A program made the position numbers and the translations under genes. A DNA stretch of 64,000 nucleotides, taken from Candidatus Uhrbacteria bacterium. GTDB lineage: Bacteria > Patescibacteriota > Patescibacteriia > UBA9934 > GWF2-40-263. Shown piece after piece: positions 9,288-18,438 of this stretch. Within the stretch, counting starts at the first letter, position 1. The number at the start of each line of letters is the position of its first letter. The DNA lies in NCBI GenBank assembly GCA_026395055.1, contig JAPLZK010000004.1, positions 82,805 through 146,804 on the forward strand, given 5' to 3'. The notes below the pieces were generated by a model, which was given only the letters and a program-made list of their open reading frames with translations, did no database searches and was not told where the DNA came from.

Positions 9288-10994
9288 ATGCACACGCTTC
9301 AAAAAGCAAAACAACAGATTCTCCAAGATTTGAAACGCGCCATTGGAGGCGGGTTTGTTCCGCATTTATCGGATTTATCTGCGCCACCGGACGCAAAAAT
9401 GGGTGACGTTGCCTTTGCGTGTTTTACGCTCGCAAAAAAAATGAAAAAGAATCCAGCAGAACTTGCACAAGAAATTGTGGCAAAGATTGGTGCGCGTGGA
9501 TATGTCGCGTCCTTACGCGCAACAGGTCCTTATGTGAACTTCACATTTGGAAACGAAGCGCTTGGAAAAGATGTGTTGAAAGAAGTTGCTTCTCTCGGTG
9601 AAACATACGGCACGTCTGATATTGGAACAGGAAAGCGCGTCATGATTGAGTACGCGAACTTGAATACGCATAAAGATGTTCACATCGGCCATTTGCGAAA
9701 CTTGTTTGTGGGACAAATGACTGTGAATGTTTTTCGTGCGAATGGGTATCATGTGATTCCAACCGCCTACATCAACGATCTTGGTGCACACGTTGCAAAG
9801 TCTGTTTGGGCCATCATGACACTTCATAAAGACGAAGAAGTGCCAAAAGAAAAACGCATTCCATTTTTGCGAGACGTGTATATTGAAGCAACGCGCCATC
9901 TGGAGGATCACCCAAATGCAAAAGAACAAGTTGCGGAAGTATTTCGTCATCTCGAAGATCAGAAAGGAGATGAGGTCGCGGTCTGGAAGAAAACTCGAAC
10001 GTGGTCCATTGACTATCTGAAAAAGGTTTATAAGGAATTGAACATTGGCATCGAAGAATGGTACTTCGAGAGTGATCTCATTAAGAAAACAAAAAAAGAA
10101 ATCGAGAAGCTGATCAAAAAGGGGATTGTGACACAGTCGGAAGGCGCGTGGATCGTTGATCTGCGTGATCAGAACCTTGGCGTCAACTTGTTTGTGAAGT
10201 CGGATGGAACGCTTCTTTATAACGCAAAGGATATCGGACTCGCTCTCAAGAAAGAAGAAGACTATCACGCCCTTCGATCTATCTACGTCGTTGACGCGCG
10301 ACAATCACATGCCATGCAACAGTTGTTTGCAACCCTCAAGTTGATGGGGTTTGAAAAAGAACTCACACACTTGTCTTACGACTTCGTGACACTCAAAGAT
10401 GGTGCGATGTCTTCCAGAAAAGGAAACGATATTCGTTTCGAAGAATTCCGAGATCAAATGATTGAACGTGCATCGGTCGAAACAAAAAAGAGACATGAGG
10501 ATTGGAAACCAAAACAGGTCGATCAAACGGCGCGAGCGATTACGAATGCGGCCATGCGATTCTCCATGTTGAAACAAGACATGGAAAAGCCCATTGTGTT
10601 TGATCTCGAAGAATCTCTTGTCTTTGAGGGTTACACAGGTCCGTACGTCCTTTATACGCTTGCTCGTATTGAAAGTCTTCTCAAAAAAGCACCAAAACGG
10701 GCGACTGGGCGGGTTGGGGAATATTTGAAGACTTCTCGTGAACATGAGTTGTTGGTCTTGATTGCTCAGTATCCAGATGTGGTCTTTGACTGTGTTCAGA
10801 CACTTGAGTTGAGTCGAATTGCCCAATTCCTGTTCGACCTTTCTCAGACATTCGCTTCGTTTTATTCGGATGCTCCCATCCTAAAAGCAGAACCGGAAGT
10901 GATGCACGCACGTCTTGCTCTTGCCGAGTCGGTCGCGCGCGTGTTAAAAAATGGATTAAGACTTATGGGGATTGAGCCTGTGGAGGAGATGTAA
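9288..10994 (+). CDS. argS: arginine--tRNA ligase
   Basis: HIGHLRN motif, a class I core, and a DALR-like anticodon-binding C-terminus ending in ...EEM. Confidence 0.85.
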   Translation: MHTLQKAKQQILQDLKRAIGGGFVPHLSDLSAPPDAKMGDVAFACFTLAKKMKKNPAELAQEIVAKIGARGYVASLRATGPYVNFTFGNEALGKDVLKEVASLGETYGTSDIGTGKRVMIEYANLNTHKDVHIGHLRNLFVGQMTVNVFRANGYHVIPTAYINDLGAHVAKSVWAIMTLHKDEEVPKEKRIPFLRDVYIEATRHLEDHPNAKEQVAEVFRHLEDQKGDEVAVWKKTRTWSIDYLKKVYKELNIGIEEWYFESDLIKKTKKEIEKLIKKGIVTQSEGAWIVDLRDQNLGVNLFVKSDGTLLYNAKDIGLALKKEEDYHALRSIYVVDARQSHAMQQLFATLKLMGFEKELTHLSYDFVTLKDGAMSSRKGNDIRFEEFRDQMIERASVETKKRHEDWKPKQVDQTARAITNAAMRFSMLKQDMEKPIVFDLEESLVFEGYTGPYVLYTLARIESLLKKAPKRATGRVGEYLKTSREHELLVLIAQYPDVVFDCVQTLELSRIAQFLFDLSQTFASFYSDAPILKAEPEVMHARLALAESVARVLKNGLRLMGIEPVEEM

Positions 10995-10997
10995 GAG

Positions 10998-11079
10998 AAA
11001 ATTCGAAATTCGAATATCGAAATTCGAAACAAAAGGAATGATTAAGTTTTCGGATTTCGTATTTCGAGATTCGTATTTT
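10998..11079. repeat. array of heptamer repeats (GAAATTC-like) followed by an inverted set (TTTCG-like); long imperfect hairpin
   Basis: aaattcgaaattcgaatatcgaaattcgaaac ... gttttcggatttcgtatttcgagattcgtatttt. It lies between the argS stop and the bactofilin start. Confidence 0.6.
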
Positions 11080-11087
11080 ATCTCGTT

Positions 11088-11450
11088 ATGTTTAAAAAAT
11101 CAGAACATCATATGGCACATGCACAATCAGGAAGCGAAACTATCATTGCTCAAGGGGTAAAGGTGGAGGGGGATTTCAGATCAAACGGAGACATTACCAT
11201 CGACGGTGAGCTCAACGGCTCACTCGCGACAGCAGCATCTCTTCATATTGGAGAAAGTGCGGTGATCCATGCAGAAGTCTCAGCAAAAAATGCGGTAATC
11301 GCGGGAACGATTGTGGGAAATCTTCAAGTGGAAGATGGATTGCAATTGCTTTCGAGTTCAAACGTGACCGGAGACATTGTCACAAATCGTTTGTCGATTG
11401 CAGAAGGGGCTGTTGTGAACGGACGCATCTCCATGAACTCCAAAGGATAA
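11088..11450 (+). CDS. bactofilin (polymer-forming cytoskeletal protein, DUF583/CcmA family)
   Basis: The repetitive beta-helix pattern ...GDITIDGELNGSL...AVIAGTIVGNLQVEDGLQLLSSSNVTGDIVTNRLSIAEGAVVNGRI is typical of bactofilins. Confidence 0.75.
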   Translation: MFKKSEHHMAHAQSGSETIIAQGVKVEGDFRSNGDITIDGELNGSLATAASLHIGESAVIHAEVSAKNAVIAGTIVGNLQVEDGLQLLSSSNVTGDIVTNRLSIAEGAVVNGRISMNSKG

Positions 11451-11455
11451 TTCGT

Positions 11456-12190
11456 GTGTACTGTTACCTGTACGATGATTTTATACAGGGCAACAAACGA
11501 TTCGAAAAAGAATTGGCGCTTATTGAAAATCGTTTGACTGACCTTGGGATTGCCGGCAAGATTTCTCGTCTTGCTTTGTTTCGTAATGCCGAGGAAATGA
11601 TTCGTGACGAGATCGACAAGGGGGTGACCACGGTTGTTGTGCTTGGAAATGATGATACCGTTCGAAAAGTTTTGAACGTGGTTGTGGAAAGTGGGGTGGT
11701 GTTTGGTATGATTCCCATTGGTCCAAAAAATAAGCTCGCACAACTTCTTGGAATTCCAGAAGGTGTTGCGGCGTGCGATGTGTTATCTGCGCGTCGTGTT
11801 GAAACGATTGATATTGGAAGTGTGAATGGTCGCAAGTTCATTAGTGAAGTTTCCGTACCTGAGTTTCGTGCAGAGATCACGTTCGAAGAAAAGTTTCGCG
11901 TGTTTCCAACTTCAACCGCAGAGCTTGAGGTGCGAAATTTATCTGGAGAATCAAATCCGTGTGACGGCATGTTGCAGGCGGTGATTCGCGCGGATGTGAA
12001 GAAAGGATTACTTCGACGCGCAACCAAAGAAGAAAGCATCTTGCCGTTACAATCCATGACGATTCGTTCCGAAAAGCCGATTCAAGTTTTCGCGGATGGG
12101 GAACTCATGGAAGGAACACGATTCGATATTTCCGTGGAATCTATGGGGATGAAGATTGTGACAGGCAAGGCTCGAACGTTTGAGACTTGA
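11456..12190 (+). CDS. diacylglycerol-kinase catalytic-domain-like lipid kinase (YegS/DgkA-like) with degenerate GGDGT motif
   Basis: VVVLGNDDTV stands in place of GGDGT, and GMIPIGPKNKLAQLLGIP in place of the GTGNDFAR motif. Start is a GTG, 6 nt after the bactofilin stop. Confidence 0.4.
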   Translation: MYCYLYDDFIQGNKRFEKELALIENRLTDLGIAGKISRLALFRNAEEMIRDEIDKGVTTVVVLGNDDTVRKVLNVVVESGVVFGMIPIGPKNKLAQLLGIPEGVAACDVLSARRVETIDIGSVNGRKFISEVSVPEFRAEITFEEKFRVFPTSTAELEVRNLSGESNPCDGMLQAVIRADVKKGLLRRATKEESILPLQSMTIRSEKPIQVFADGELMEGTRFDISVESMGMKIVTGKARTFET

Positions 12191-12238
12191 TCTTTTTTTC
12201 TAGATCGATTATTATCTCGACGCGTAGGAGTACCACGT

Positions 12239-12324
12239 GCAGACGTGGCGGAATGGTATACGCGCCAGCTTGAGGTGCTGGTTCTCGCAAGGGATTGGAG
12301 GTTCAAGTCCTCTCGTCTGCACCA
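12239..12324 (+). tRNA. tRNA-Leu (anticodon GAG)
   Basis: Cloverleaf with anticodon loop TTGAGGT, a long variable arm, a GGAGG/CCTCT T-arm, and an encoded CCA. Confidence 0.85.
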
Positions 12325-12327
12325 CAA

Positions 12328-12364
12328 AAGACCCGACAAACGTCGGGTCTTTTGTTTTGTTTTA
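12328..12364 (+). terminator. rho-independent terminator after tRNA-Leu
   Basis: GACCCGAC-AAAC-GTCGGGTC followed by TTTTGTTTTGTTTT. Confidence 0.8.
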
Positions 12365-12399
12365 TTTTTGATTCTTATGATGTTTGCTATGATGTATCC

Positions 12400-13353
12400 A
12401 TGCGCAAATATATTTCGGACATTTTCTTCCTTGTCATTCTTCTTGCTCTCGCCTTTTATTTCCGCGATCCGCTTTCGCGTCTCGAATCTCAGTTTTTGTC
12501 TCGAACCTTTCCATGTCAGCAGCCAATCGCCTACTCGATTGGAACGTTTGATTCCCGGTTTGGAATCTCGAAAGATGTATTTATTAAAGATATCCAAAAA
12601 GCAGAATCGGTTTGGGAGAAACCTATCGGGAAAGATTTGTTTGTGTATAAACCGGACCTGCCTGCCGGACAGGCAGGTGGTGCGCTCAAGATCAATCTTG
12701 TTTATGATGAGCGACAAATCGCTACGCAGAAGCTCGCAAAGTATGGAATTGCGATTCACGATGACCAGGCTACATATGATACGTTGAAAGGGAAGTACGA
12801 TGTGCTTCAGAAATCTATCAATACCTTGAAGGCTTTGTATCAAACACAATCGAATGCGTATGATGTTCAGCTTGCGGCGTACAACAAAGAAATCACGTAT
12901 TGGAATCAACATGATCATGTGACGCAAACGACGGTTGATCGACTGAACGTTGAGAAAGCGGATTTGGATCAGCAACAATTGATCTTGAAAGATTTGGAAA
13001 ATAAAGTGAATGCGAATGTGGATGAGTTGAACGCGCTCGTTGAGGTCGTGAATCGTCTTGCAAAGTCGTTGAACCTTGCGGCAATTCAATACAACACAAT
13101 TGGCGCAAGCCAAGGTTCTGAATTCGAAGAAGGGGAATACGTGAGTGACCCTACAGGCAATCACATAAATATTTATCAGTTCGATGATCAGGCAAAGTTG
13201 ATTCGTGTGCTTACCCATGAGATGGGGCACGCAATTGGACTCGGACATCTTGAGAATCCGAAGGCGATTATGTATCGACGAAACAATGGAGTGAATGCAA
13301 CGCTCACAGTAGATGATTTGGCAGCGATTAAGAAACAGTGCAGAATCAAGTAG
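12400..13353 (+). CDS. membrane-anchored metzincin-type zinc metalloprotease (matrixin-like)
   Basis: N-terminal TM helix (IFFLVILLALAFYF), a coiled-coil middle, and a C-terminal HEMGHAIGLGH motif (HExxHxxGxxH) with a Met-turn (AIMY). Confidence 0.65.
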   Translation: MRKYISDIFFLVILLALAFYFRDPLSRLESQFLSRTFPCQQPIAYSIGTFDSRFGISKDVFIKDIQKAESVWEKPIGKDLFVYKPDLPAGQAGGALKINLVYDERQIATQKLAKYGIAIHDDQATYDTLKGKYDVLQKSINTLKALYQTQSNAYDVQLAAYNKEITYWNQHDHVTQTTVDRLNVEKADLDQQQLILKDLENKVNANVDELNALVEVVNRLAKSLNLAAIQYNTIGASQGSEFEEGEYVSDPTGNHINIYQFDDQAKLIRVLTHEMGHAIGLGHLENPKAIMYRRNNGVNATLTVDDLAAIKKQCRIK

Positions 13354-13366
13354 CATAGAATGTAAT

Positions 13367-14608
13367 ATGTTGAAAACGCTCAAACACTACCTGCCGTTTT
13401 GGATCTTTATGATCCTCTTTAAGTTTGGTGCAGGATTGCACTATACGCTCATGGCTCCGCTTGGAGAGCGGATTTTCCCTATTTGGATTATTGGTTTCCT
13501 TGCGGGAGGCTGTTCACTGATTCAATTATTTTTTGACGTTCCGGCCGGGCATTTATTAGATCGATACGGATATTTACGCATGTTAAAAATTACTACCGTC
13601 ACGTTTTTGTTTGCGGCGGTCTGTTTCTTATTTGGCCTAACCCAGCTGACGTATTTTCTTACACTCTTTTTTAGCATTTTTGGTTGGTTGTTTTTTAGTT
13701 CTGGAATTAATGCCTATGTCTTGAGCCAGGCGCCAAAAGAACATACGGGAAAATTCATGTCGATGCGTGACGTTTCTGGTTCTATCGGAATTGTTCTTGC
13801 AAGTGCCTCTTTGCCATTCATCCTCTTGCTTTCTGTACAATGGATGGGGATTGTTTTATCCCTTCTTTTATTTGTCGCATGGATTCTTTTGTGGTTCTCT
13901 CCAAAAGAAACACAATCGGTGCACACAGAACAAACAGGGGAAACACGTCATCTCTCTATCAAGCGCCACGTGTTTGCGAATTCAATGCGTGCAATGAAGA
14001 AATTAAATCCGGCAAGCACGATGTTGCTCCTCACGGGGGTTGCCAGTGCATTATTTTATGCCGCGATTTGGTTTGTGATCCCTCTTGTGATTGTGGCACA
14101 ACAACGTGCAGGGCTGCTTGGAATTGGGCTTGGTATTTTCGATTTCGCCGTTGTTGTCTTGGGTTTTTTTCTTGGAACACTTGCGGACAAAATGAATAAA
14201 CGGACGCTAGTCTTTTTTGGACTGCTTCTATTTGCGGTCACAGGAGTCCTTGTTGGATTTCATTTCGATGTCTTATTTCTTTTATTTGGATTTCTTGCAA
14301 CAACCGGTGAAGAAATGGCTATGCTCTCGCTTTGGTCCTGGTTGCATATGCTTGATCGTGAACACGCTAACGATGGAGCGATTGCGGGGGTGGTAAGTTT
14401 GTTCGATGATCTTGGTTGGGCGCTTGGGCCTATGTTTGCTGGTGTTCTTTATGGATTTATTGGCCCGTCTTGGACGATTGCTATTGCGGCGATCCCGATT
14501 TTTGTTGCGTGGATTATTTATCAGTTCATGATGCGCAATCATCCCGTACACACGGTGTCGTTGAAAGACATTCCTCGTAAACCACATCGACCACGACACA
14601 AAACATAA
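13367..14608 (+). CDS. MFS transporter
   Basis: About 12 predicted TM helices with the characteristic MFS organisation. Confidence 0.6.
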   Translation: MLKTLKHYLPFWIFMILFKFGAGLHYTLMAPLGERIFPIWIIGFLAGGCSLIQLFFDVPAGHLLDRYGYLRMLKITTVTFLFAAVCFLFGLTQLTYFLTLFFSIFGWLFFSSGINAYVLSQAPKEHTGKFMSMRDVSGSIGIVLASASLPFILLLSVQWMGIVLSLLLFVAWILLWFSPKETQSVHTEQTGETRHLSIKRHVFANSMRAMKKLNPASTMLLLTGVASALFYAAIWFVIPLVIVAQQRAGLLGIGLGIFDFAVVVLGFFLGTLADKMNKRTLVFFGLLLFAVTGVLVGFHFDVLFLLFGFLATTGEEMAMLSLWSWLHMLDREHANDGAIAGVVSLFDDLGWALGPMFAGVLYGFIGPSWTIAIAAIPIFVAWIIYQFMMRNHPVHTVSLKDIPRKPHRPRHKT

Positions 14609-14614
14609 ATCGTC

Positions 14615-14638
14615 AAACAGTCCTATGGGGCTGTTTTT
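14615..14638 (+). terminator. rho-independent terminator
   Basis: AAACAGTCC-TATG-GGGCTGTTTTT. Confidence 0.6.
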
Positions 14639-14643
14639 GATGT

Positions 14644-14675
14644 AAATAAAAAATCGTCGAACGGGTTCGACGATT
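14644..14675 (-). terminator. rho-independent terminator for the minus-strand MFS gene
   Basis: Perfect palindrome AATCGTCGAAC-GG-GTTCGACGATT with a T-run on the minus strand. Confidence 0.7.
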
Positions 14676-15918
14676 AAGCGCCTTGGGTATCTACATGACG
14701 ACATTTGTACCAGGGGTAGATGACAAGGATAGAGCAGACGAGTCCGGTGAGGAATAATGTTTGATACCCGAAGGTATCAGCGATTTTTCCAGAACCGAGC
14801 TGAACGAATTTTCCCATCACCTCACAGCTTGCAAGGATGGTGTATTCCGTTGCACCTACACGTTTCGACACAAGAGACATCATGAATGCGAATGTTGCGG
14901 TTGTGAGCAAGCTGCCCGGCAAATGTTCGCTGAGAGCAATGATAGTCGCAAGATCAACGGTGACGTGATGTGTGCTCATGTAGTACTGGAGTCCAATTGG
15001 AAAGATTCGGAGCACAACCGCAAGTCCAAGTACGGTCCAGATGCGGAATTTCGTGAGCAGGAGTCCAGCAAGGACGGAACCGATCATTGCGGAGAACATA
15101 CCCCATTGGTTGATTCGGCTAATTGTATCGAGAGCGAATCCATGGTCACGCAAATAAACCGTGTAGAGTGATTGAACCATCTCCTCGCCGATTTTGTACG
15201 TCAGTAGAAAGATGATGACCCACTTGAGTTCACGATTGGTGATGAGTTGAATCGACGTGCGAAAGATTTCTTTCAACGTCGGCTTTGTTTTTGCCTCGCC
15301 AGATTCTGACACGCTCGGCTCAACAGGTTTTTCTTTGAAGAACAGGATCGGGATGAGTGGAAGAGCGACGATGACCGCCATGATTCCAAAATATCCATCC
15401 CATCCGATTGTGAGAACGAACGGAAGAAGAAATGCACCCGCGAGCAACATGCCCATGCGATACCCGATGACCTGAACAGCGTTTCCGAGTCCAAGTGCGT
15501 GTGGCTTCAGGGTATCGATCGCAAGTCCGTCGACGGACACATCTTGCGCCGAGGCGAACAAGCTCATGCCAAAGACCATGATGAGAAATGGCATGATGTT
15601 CGGAGCATCGATCAAGGTCGATGCGATCGCGACACAGAGGAGATATCCGATCTGAAGTGGAAAGATCCATGATCGCCTTCGACCGAATCGTTCGCTGTAG
15701 AATCGATCTGCGAACGGTGCCCAGATCGCCTTGAACATCCACGGCATCATGAGCATGCCCGTAAACGAGATCTGCGTGAGCGTGTATCCACGATCGCGCA
15801 AATAGGTTTGCAGGCCTGTTTTCACAAAGCCGTGCGGGAGTCCTTGGCTCATGTAGAGCAGACTCAAAAGGAAAAGCGCGAAAGGGGAATATCGTTCACG
15901 AAGTTTTTGAAAGAGCAT
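14674..15918 (-). CDS. MFS transporter, AmpG-like
   Basis: Polytopic; the [11 protein letters not shown] motif near the N-terminus is typical of the AmpG family. Start is taken at ATG 15918, which is preceded by AGGAGG. The ORF remains open to a TTG at 16050. Confidence 0.55.
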   Translation of the reverse strand: MLFQKLRERYSPFALFLLSLLYMSQGLPHGFVKTGLQTYLRDRGYTLTQISFTGMLMMPWMFKAIWAPFADRFYSERFGRRRSWIFPLQIGYLLCVAIASTLIDAPNIMPFLIMVFGMSLFASAQDVSVDGLAIDTLKPHALGLGNAVQVIGYRMGMLLAGAFLLPFVLTIGWDGYFGIMAVIVALPLIPILFFKEKPVEPSVSESGEAKTKPTLKEIFRTSIQLITNRELKWVIIFLLTYKIGEEMVQSLYTVYLRDHGFALDTISRINQWGMFSAMIGSVLAGLLLTKFRIWTVLGLAVVLRIFPIGLQYYMSTHHVTVDLATIIALSEHLPGSLLTTATFAFMMSLVSKRVGATEYTILASCEVMGKFVQLGSGKIADTFGYQTLFLTGLVCSILVIYPWYKCRHVDTQGA

Positions 15919-16324
15919 GACGCCTCCTAGGATCTGTCTGTCGAGGATCGAACGGTTCGATTTCAAAGACTGGTCAGAATGCCACGAAAAATCAATTTTG
16001 TCAATCATGGACGCATGGATGATTGACAAATGTTCTTTTTTCTGTTTCAATCATTCTTGAGCGGACAGAATCCTTATGAGTTCCATCAATTCTTCCAATC
16101 ATCTACACAGAACAACATCATGATTGTGGCACGTGCACCGTCATGACCCGCCAACTTAGCGTTATGCTGACCATGAGTGTGCTGTTCATCATCGTTAAGG
16201 AGTGAATGAACAGATTGTCGTGATTCGTCACAACTTCCTCATGCGAACGTATCGCTCCTACCCAATAACCTTCCGCTCACCTACGATTCTACCGCCTTCG
16301 ATATTCTCGGGCGGTTTTTCTTTT

Positions 16325-16353
16325 GGATAAAAAAATACGAACCGAGGTTCGTA
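16325..16353 (-). terminator. rho-independent terminator after the ligT-like gene
   Basis: ACGAACCTCGGTTCGT hairpin followed by T-run on the minus strand. Confidence 0.65.
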
Positions 16354-16359
16354 AGAGTG

Positions 16360-16884
16360 TTATCGTAGCGGAAAGGAGAAAACGGGAAACCACGTTCGTT
16401 CGTGTTCTGTGCGACACAACAGATTGATTTGTCGACACAGAAACTCTTCACGAACAGGTTCTTCGGACAATGCACGCCACGCGGCAGCTCGTCGTTCAAT
16501 AGGAAGGTGATCTGCAATCGTCATGTGCGGATGTTCGAGACGCGTGAATGTTCCAGCCGCCGAAGCGAACAGATCGCGCGTTGCATCTACAAGTTGTTGG
16601 TGACACGCAACGATTTCGGCTGAGCGCTCTGCACAGATGTGAATATTTTCTAGTTCATTGAATGATCCAATCCCAAGAAGACGAATCATGAATGGAGACA
16701 TGTTGTGTGTGGCGTTCAGGAGTTGCGTAATGAGCTCGTCTTCTGATCGATCGGGTAAACGTTCACGAGGACTCAGGAGCGTGAGGTGAGGCAAAGAGGC
16801 ACTTGGTCCTTGCCAGCGCGCTTCGAGCGCTTGCAGACGCTTTAGGAGCAGGGGAGGTGGGGACGCATTCAGATAATATCGCAT
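16360..16884 (-). CDS. 2H-phosphoesterase / RNA 2',3'-cyclic phosphodiesterase (LigT-like)
   Basis: Two H-x-T-x motifs (PHLTLL and PHMTIA). Start is ATG 16884 with a GGAGAAAAC SD. Confidence 0.6.
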   Translation of the reverse strand: MRYYLNASPPPLLLKRLQALEARWQGPSASLPHLTLLSPRERLPDRSEDELITQLLNATHNMSPFMIRLLGIGSFNELENIHICAERSAEIVACHQQLVDATRDLFASAAGTFTRLEHPHMTIADHLPIERRAAAWRALSEEPVREEFLCRQINLLCRTEHERTWFPVFSFPLR

Positions 16885-16990
16885 GGTTTTCTCCGTGTTT
16901 GCAGTGTGAGAGTGTACCAATAATCAACGGATTGTCAATGCTCTCTTTACAAGTTTCACCGTTTCGATTATTCTTCGGATACTTATGTTA

Positions 16991-17023
16991 GATGCTTAGC
17001 GGTCGGGTGCCGACCTAAGCATC
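16991..17023. other. perfect stem-loop that shares its first 11 nt with the 5' end of the downstream tRNA-Val
   Basis: GATGCTTAGCGGTCGG-GTG-CCGACCTAAGCATC. The tRNA-Val begins GGATGCTTAGC. Confidence 0.7.
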
Positions 17024-17067
17024 CTCATTCGGGAAAACCAAAGAGGAACTTTGTTTTCCATTCATTC

Positions 17068-17144
17068 GGATGCTTAGCTCAGCTGGTTAGAGCATCTCGT
17101 TTACACCGAGAGGGTCGAGGGTTCGAATCCCCCAGCATCCACCA
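17068..17144 (+). tRNA. tRNA-Val (anticodon TAC)
   Basis: GGATGCT acceptor stem, anticodon loop TTTACAC, T-loop GTTCGAATC, encoded CCA. Confidence 0.85.
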
Positions 17145-17146
17145 CA

Positions 17147-17179
17147 AAAGAGACGACTTCGGTCGTCTCTTTTGTTTTT
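17147..17179 (+). terminator. rho-independent terminator after tRNA-Val
   Basis: AGAGACGAC-TTCG-GTCGTCTCT followed by TTTTGTTTTT. Confidence 0.8.
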
Positions 17180-17228
17180 CATAAACAACATTCCATCTCT
17201 TTCTCACTTTCTGCTATACTTCGTGCAT

Positions 17229-17489
17229 ATGTCTCCATTTATCCGCATCCCCCTTGGTCTCTTTATCATGGTTGTTGGTTACTTTATGGTTTCTAAATCA
17301 GAAAAAGTTTTTGAGTGGTTTGGTCAAAATGAATTTGCAGAAAAATATTTAGGGTACGGCGGTTCCCGAACCTTTTATAAAATTCTCGGGATTATTGTTG
17401 TGTTTGCCGGTATCTTTACTGCCACAAATGTAATGTCTGATATTCTGGGAAGTACGGCACATATTCTCACGAATACGAAAGGAAGCTAA
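17229..17489 (+). CDS. small membrane protein, unknown function
   Basis: Two hydrophobic helices. The listed ORF start at 17172 lies inside the terminator, so the ATG at 17229 is preferred. Confidence 0.4.
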   Translation: MSPFIRIPLGLFIMVVGYFMVSKSEKVFEWFGQNEFAEKYLGYGGSRTFYKILGIIVVFAGIFTATNVMSDILGSTAHILTNTKGS

Positions 17490-17559
17490 ATTCGTTACAT
17501 GGCGTTTAAGGGATGTCTCTTGACGCGTCACGGTCATTTCGACTATTCTTCGATGTATT

Positions 17560-17964
17560 ATGAACATGCTCAATCCTCTTTTTTGGCTTTCGATCGCAGC
17601 GGCAAACGTAGACGGACTCCCTGGAAAACTGATCCTAGGATTTTTTCTCCTTCTTATTCTTATCGGTGTTGTATGCAGAATCGTTCTCATGCAATCTTCA
17701 AAAGATCGCTATCTTAAACTGATCGGAAAACGTTTGGTTACATGCAGTCTTACCATGGGAATCACGGGTGTTATTTTATATTTCTTCAGTTATGAAGGAA
17801 TTCAATTGTTTGGTGCCAGATTCTGGTATCTCATTTGGGTCGTCGCATTTATTGCGTGGGTTACAGTGCTTGTAAAATTTGTCATGAAGGAAGTTCCAGA
17901 GATGCGCAACAAGAATGTGAATCAACACGCAAAATCCAAATATATCCCAGGACGCAAAAAGTAA
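17560..17964 (+). CDS. membrane protein, unknown function
   Basis: Three predicted TM helices. Confidence 0.4.
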   Translation: MNMLNPLFWLSIAAANVDGLPGKLILGFFLLLILIGVVCRIVLMQSSKDRYLKLIGKRLVTCSLTMGITGVILYFFSYEGIQLFGARFWYLIWVVAFIAWVTVLVKFVMKEVPEMRNKNVNQHAKSKYIPGRKK

Positions 17965-17965
17965 T

Positions 17966-18325
17966 ATGATGGATCCTCGTAAACAATTTGGAAACGAGGG
18001 GGAAGACCTTGCAGCGGTTTATTTGCAAAAGAATGGATATCAAATTTTAGATCGACAATGGTCTTGTGTGTATGGGGAAGTAGATCTTGTCTGTAAGCAG
18101 AAAGAGGAATTCGTGTTTGTGGAAGTAAAATCGCGTCATGATGATTCGTATGGGTTTCCGGAAGATGCGGTTACGGCAACAAAACGCAGACACATTGCCG
18201 CGTGTGCGGATCAGTATCTCATCGAACATCATCAGGGAGATGTTCCGTGGCGTGTAGATGTGATTGCCATCGAGTTTGATCAGACACCACCAAACATTGT
18301 GCATATAGAAGCTATTGACATGTAA
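17966..18325 (+). CDS. YraN-family (UPF0102) endonuclease-like protein
   Basis: YGEVDLVCKQKEEFVFVEVKSR signature. Confidence 0.65.
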   Translation: MMDPRKQFGNEGEDLAAVYLQKNGYQILDRQWSCVYGEVDLVCKQKEEFVFVEVKSRHDDSYGFPEDAVTATKRRHIAACADQYLIEHHQGDVPWRVDVIAIEFDQTPPNIVHIEAIDM

Positions 18326-18353
18326 GGTGAAATTGAGTAGGATATTTATATCT

Positions 18354-18384
18354 GAAACCTGTCTGAATGACGGGTTTCTTTGTT
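18354..18384 (+). terminator. rho-independent terminator
   Basis: GAAACCTGTC-TGAAT-GACGGGTTTC followed by TTTGTT. Confidence 0.6.
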
Positions 18385-18438
18385 GAAAAGTTTCTAAGCA
18401 TTATTTCTCATTCCTATTTTTAATTACTTGCCTCACGT

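Noticed and set aside
9513-10304. 263-aa minus-strand ORF inside argS; similar antisense ORFs inside groEL (24621-25289), the O-antigen-ligase gene (21850-22602), the 51243 gene (51692-52291) and the FG-GAP gene (5525-6151 plus strand)
   Set aside because: All are antisense to genes with strong family signatures and have no RBS or motifs. They are repeat-driven or chance ORFs.
12656-12680. CCTGCCTGCCGG(A)CAGGCAGG palindrome occurring both here (inside the metzincin gene, encoding LPAGQAGG) and at 19741-19760 after nusA
   Set aside because: Two copies only, one of them coding. The 19741 copy is adequately explained as the nusA terminator-like hairpin. I cannot distinguish a repeat family from coincidence.
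12082-13383. 433-aa minus-strand ORF
   Set aside because: It overlaps the tRNA-Leu gene and is antisense to the metzincin gene, which has a clear HExxHxxGxxH motif. The translation is low-complexity (I/R/L-rich). It is spurious.
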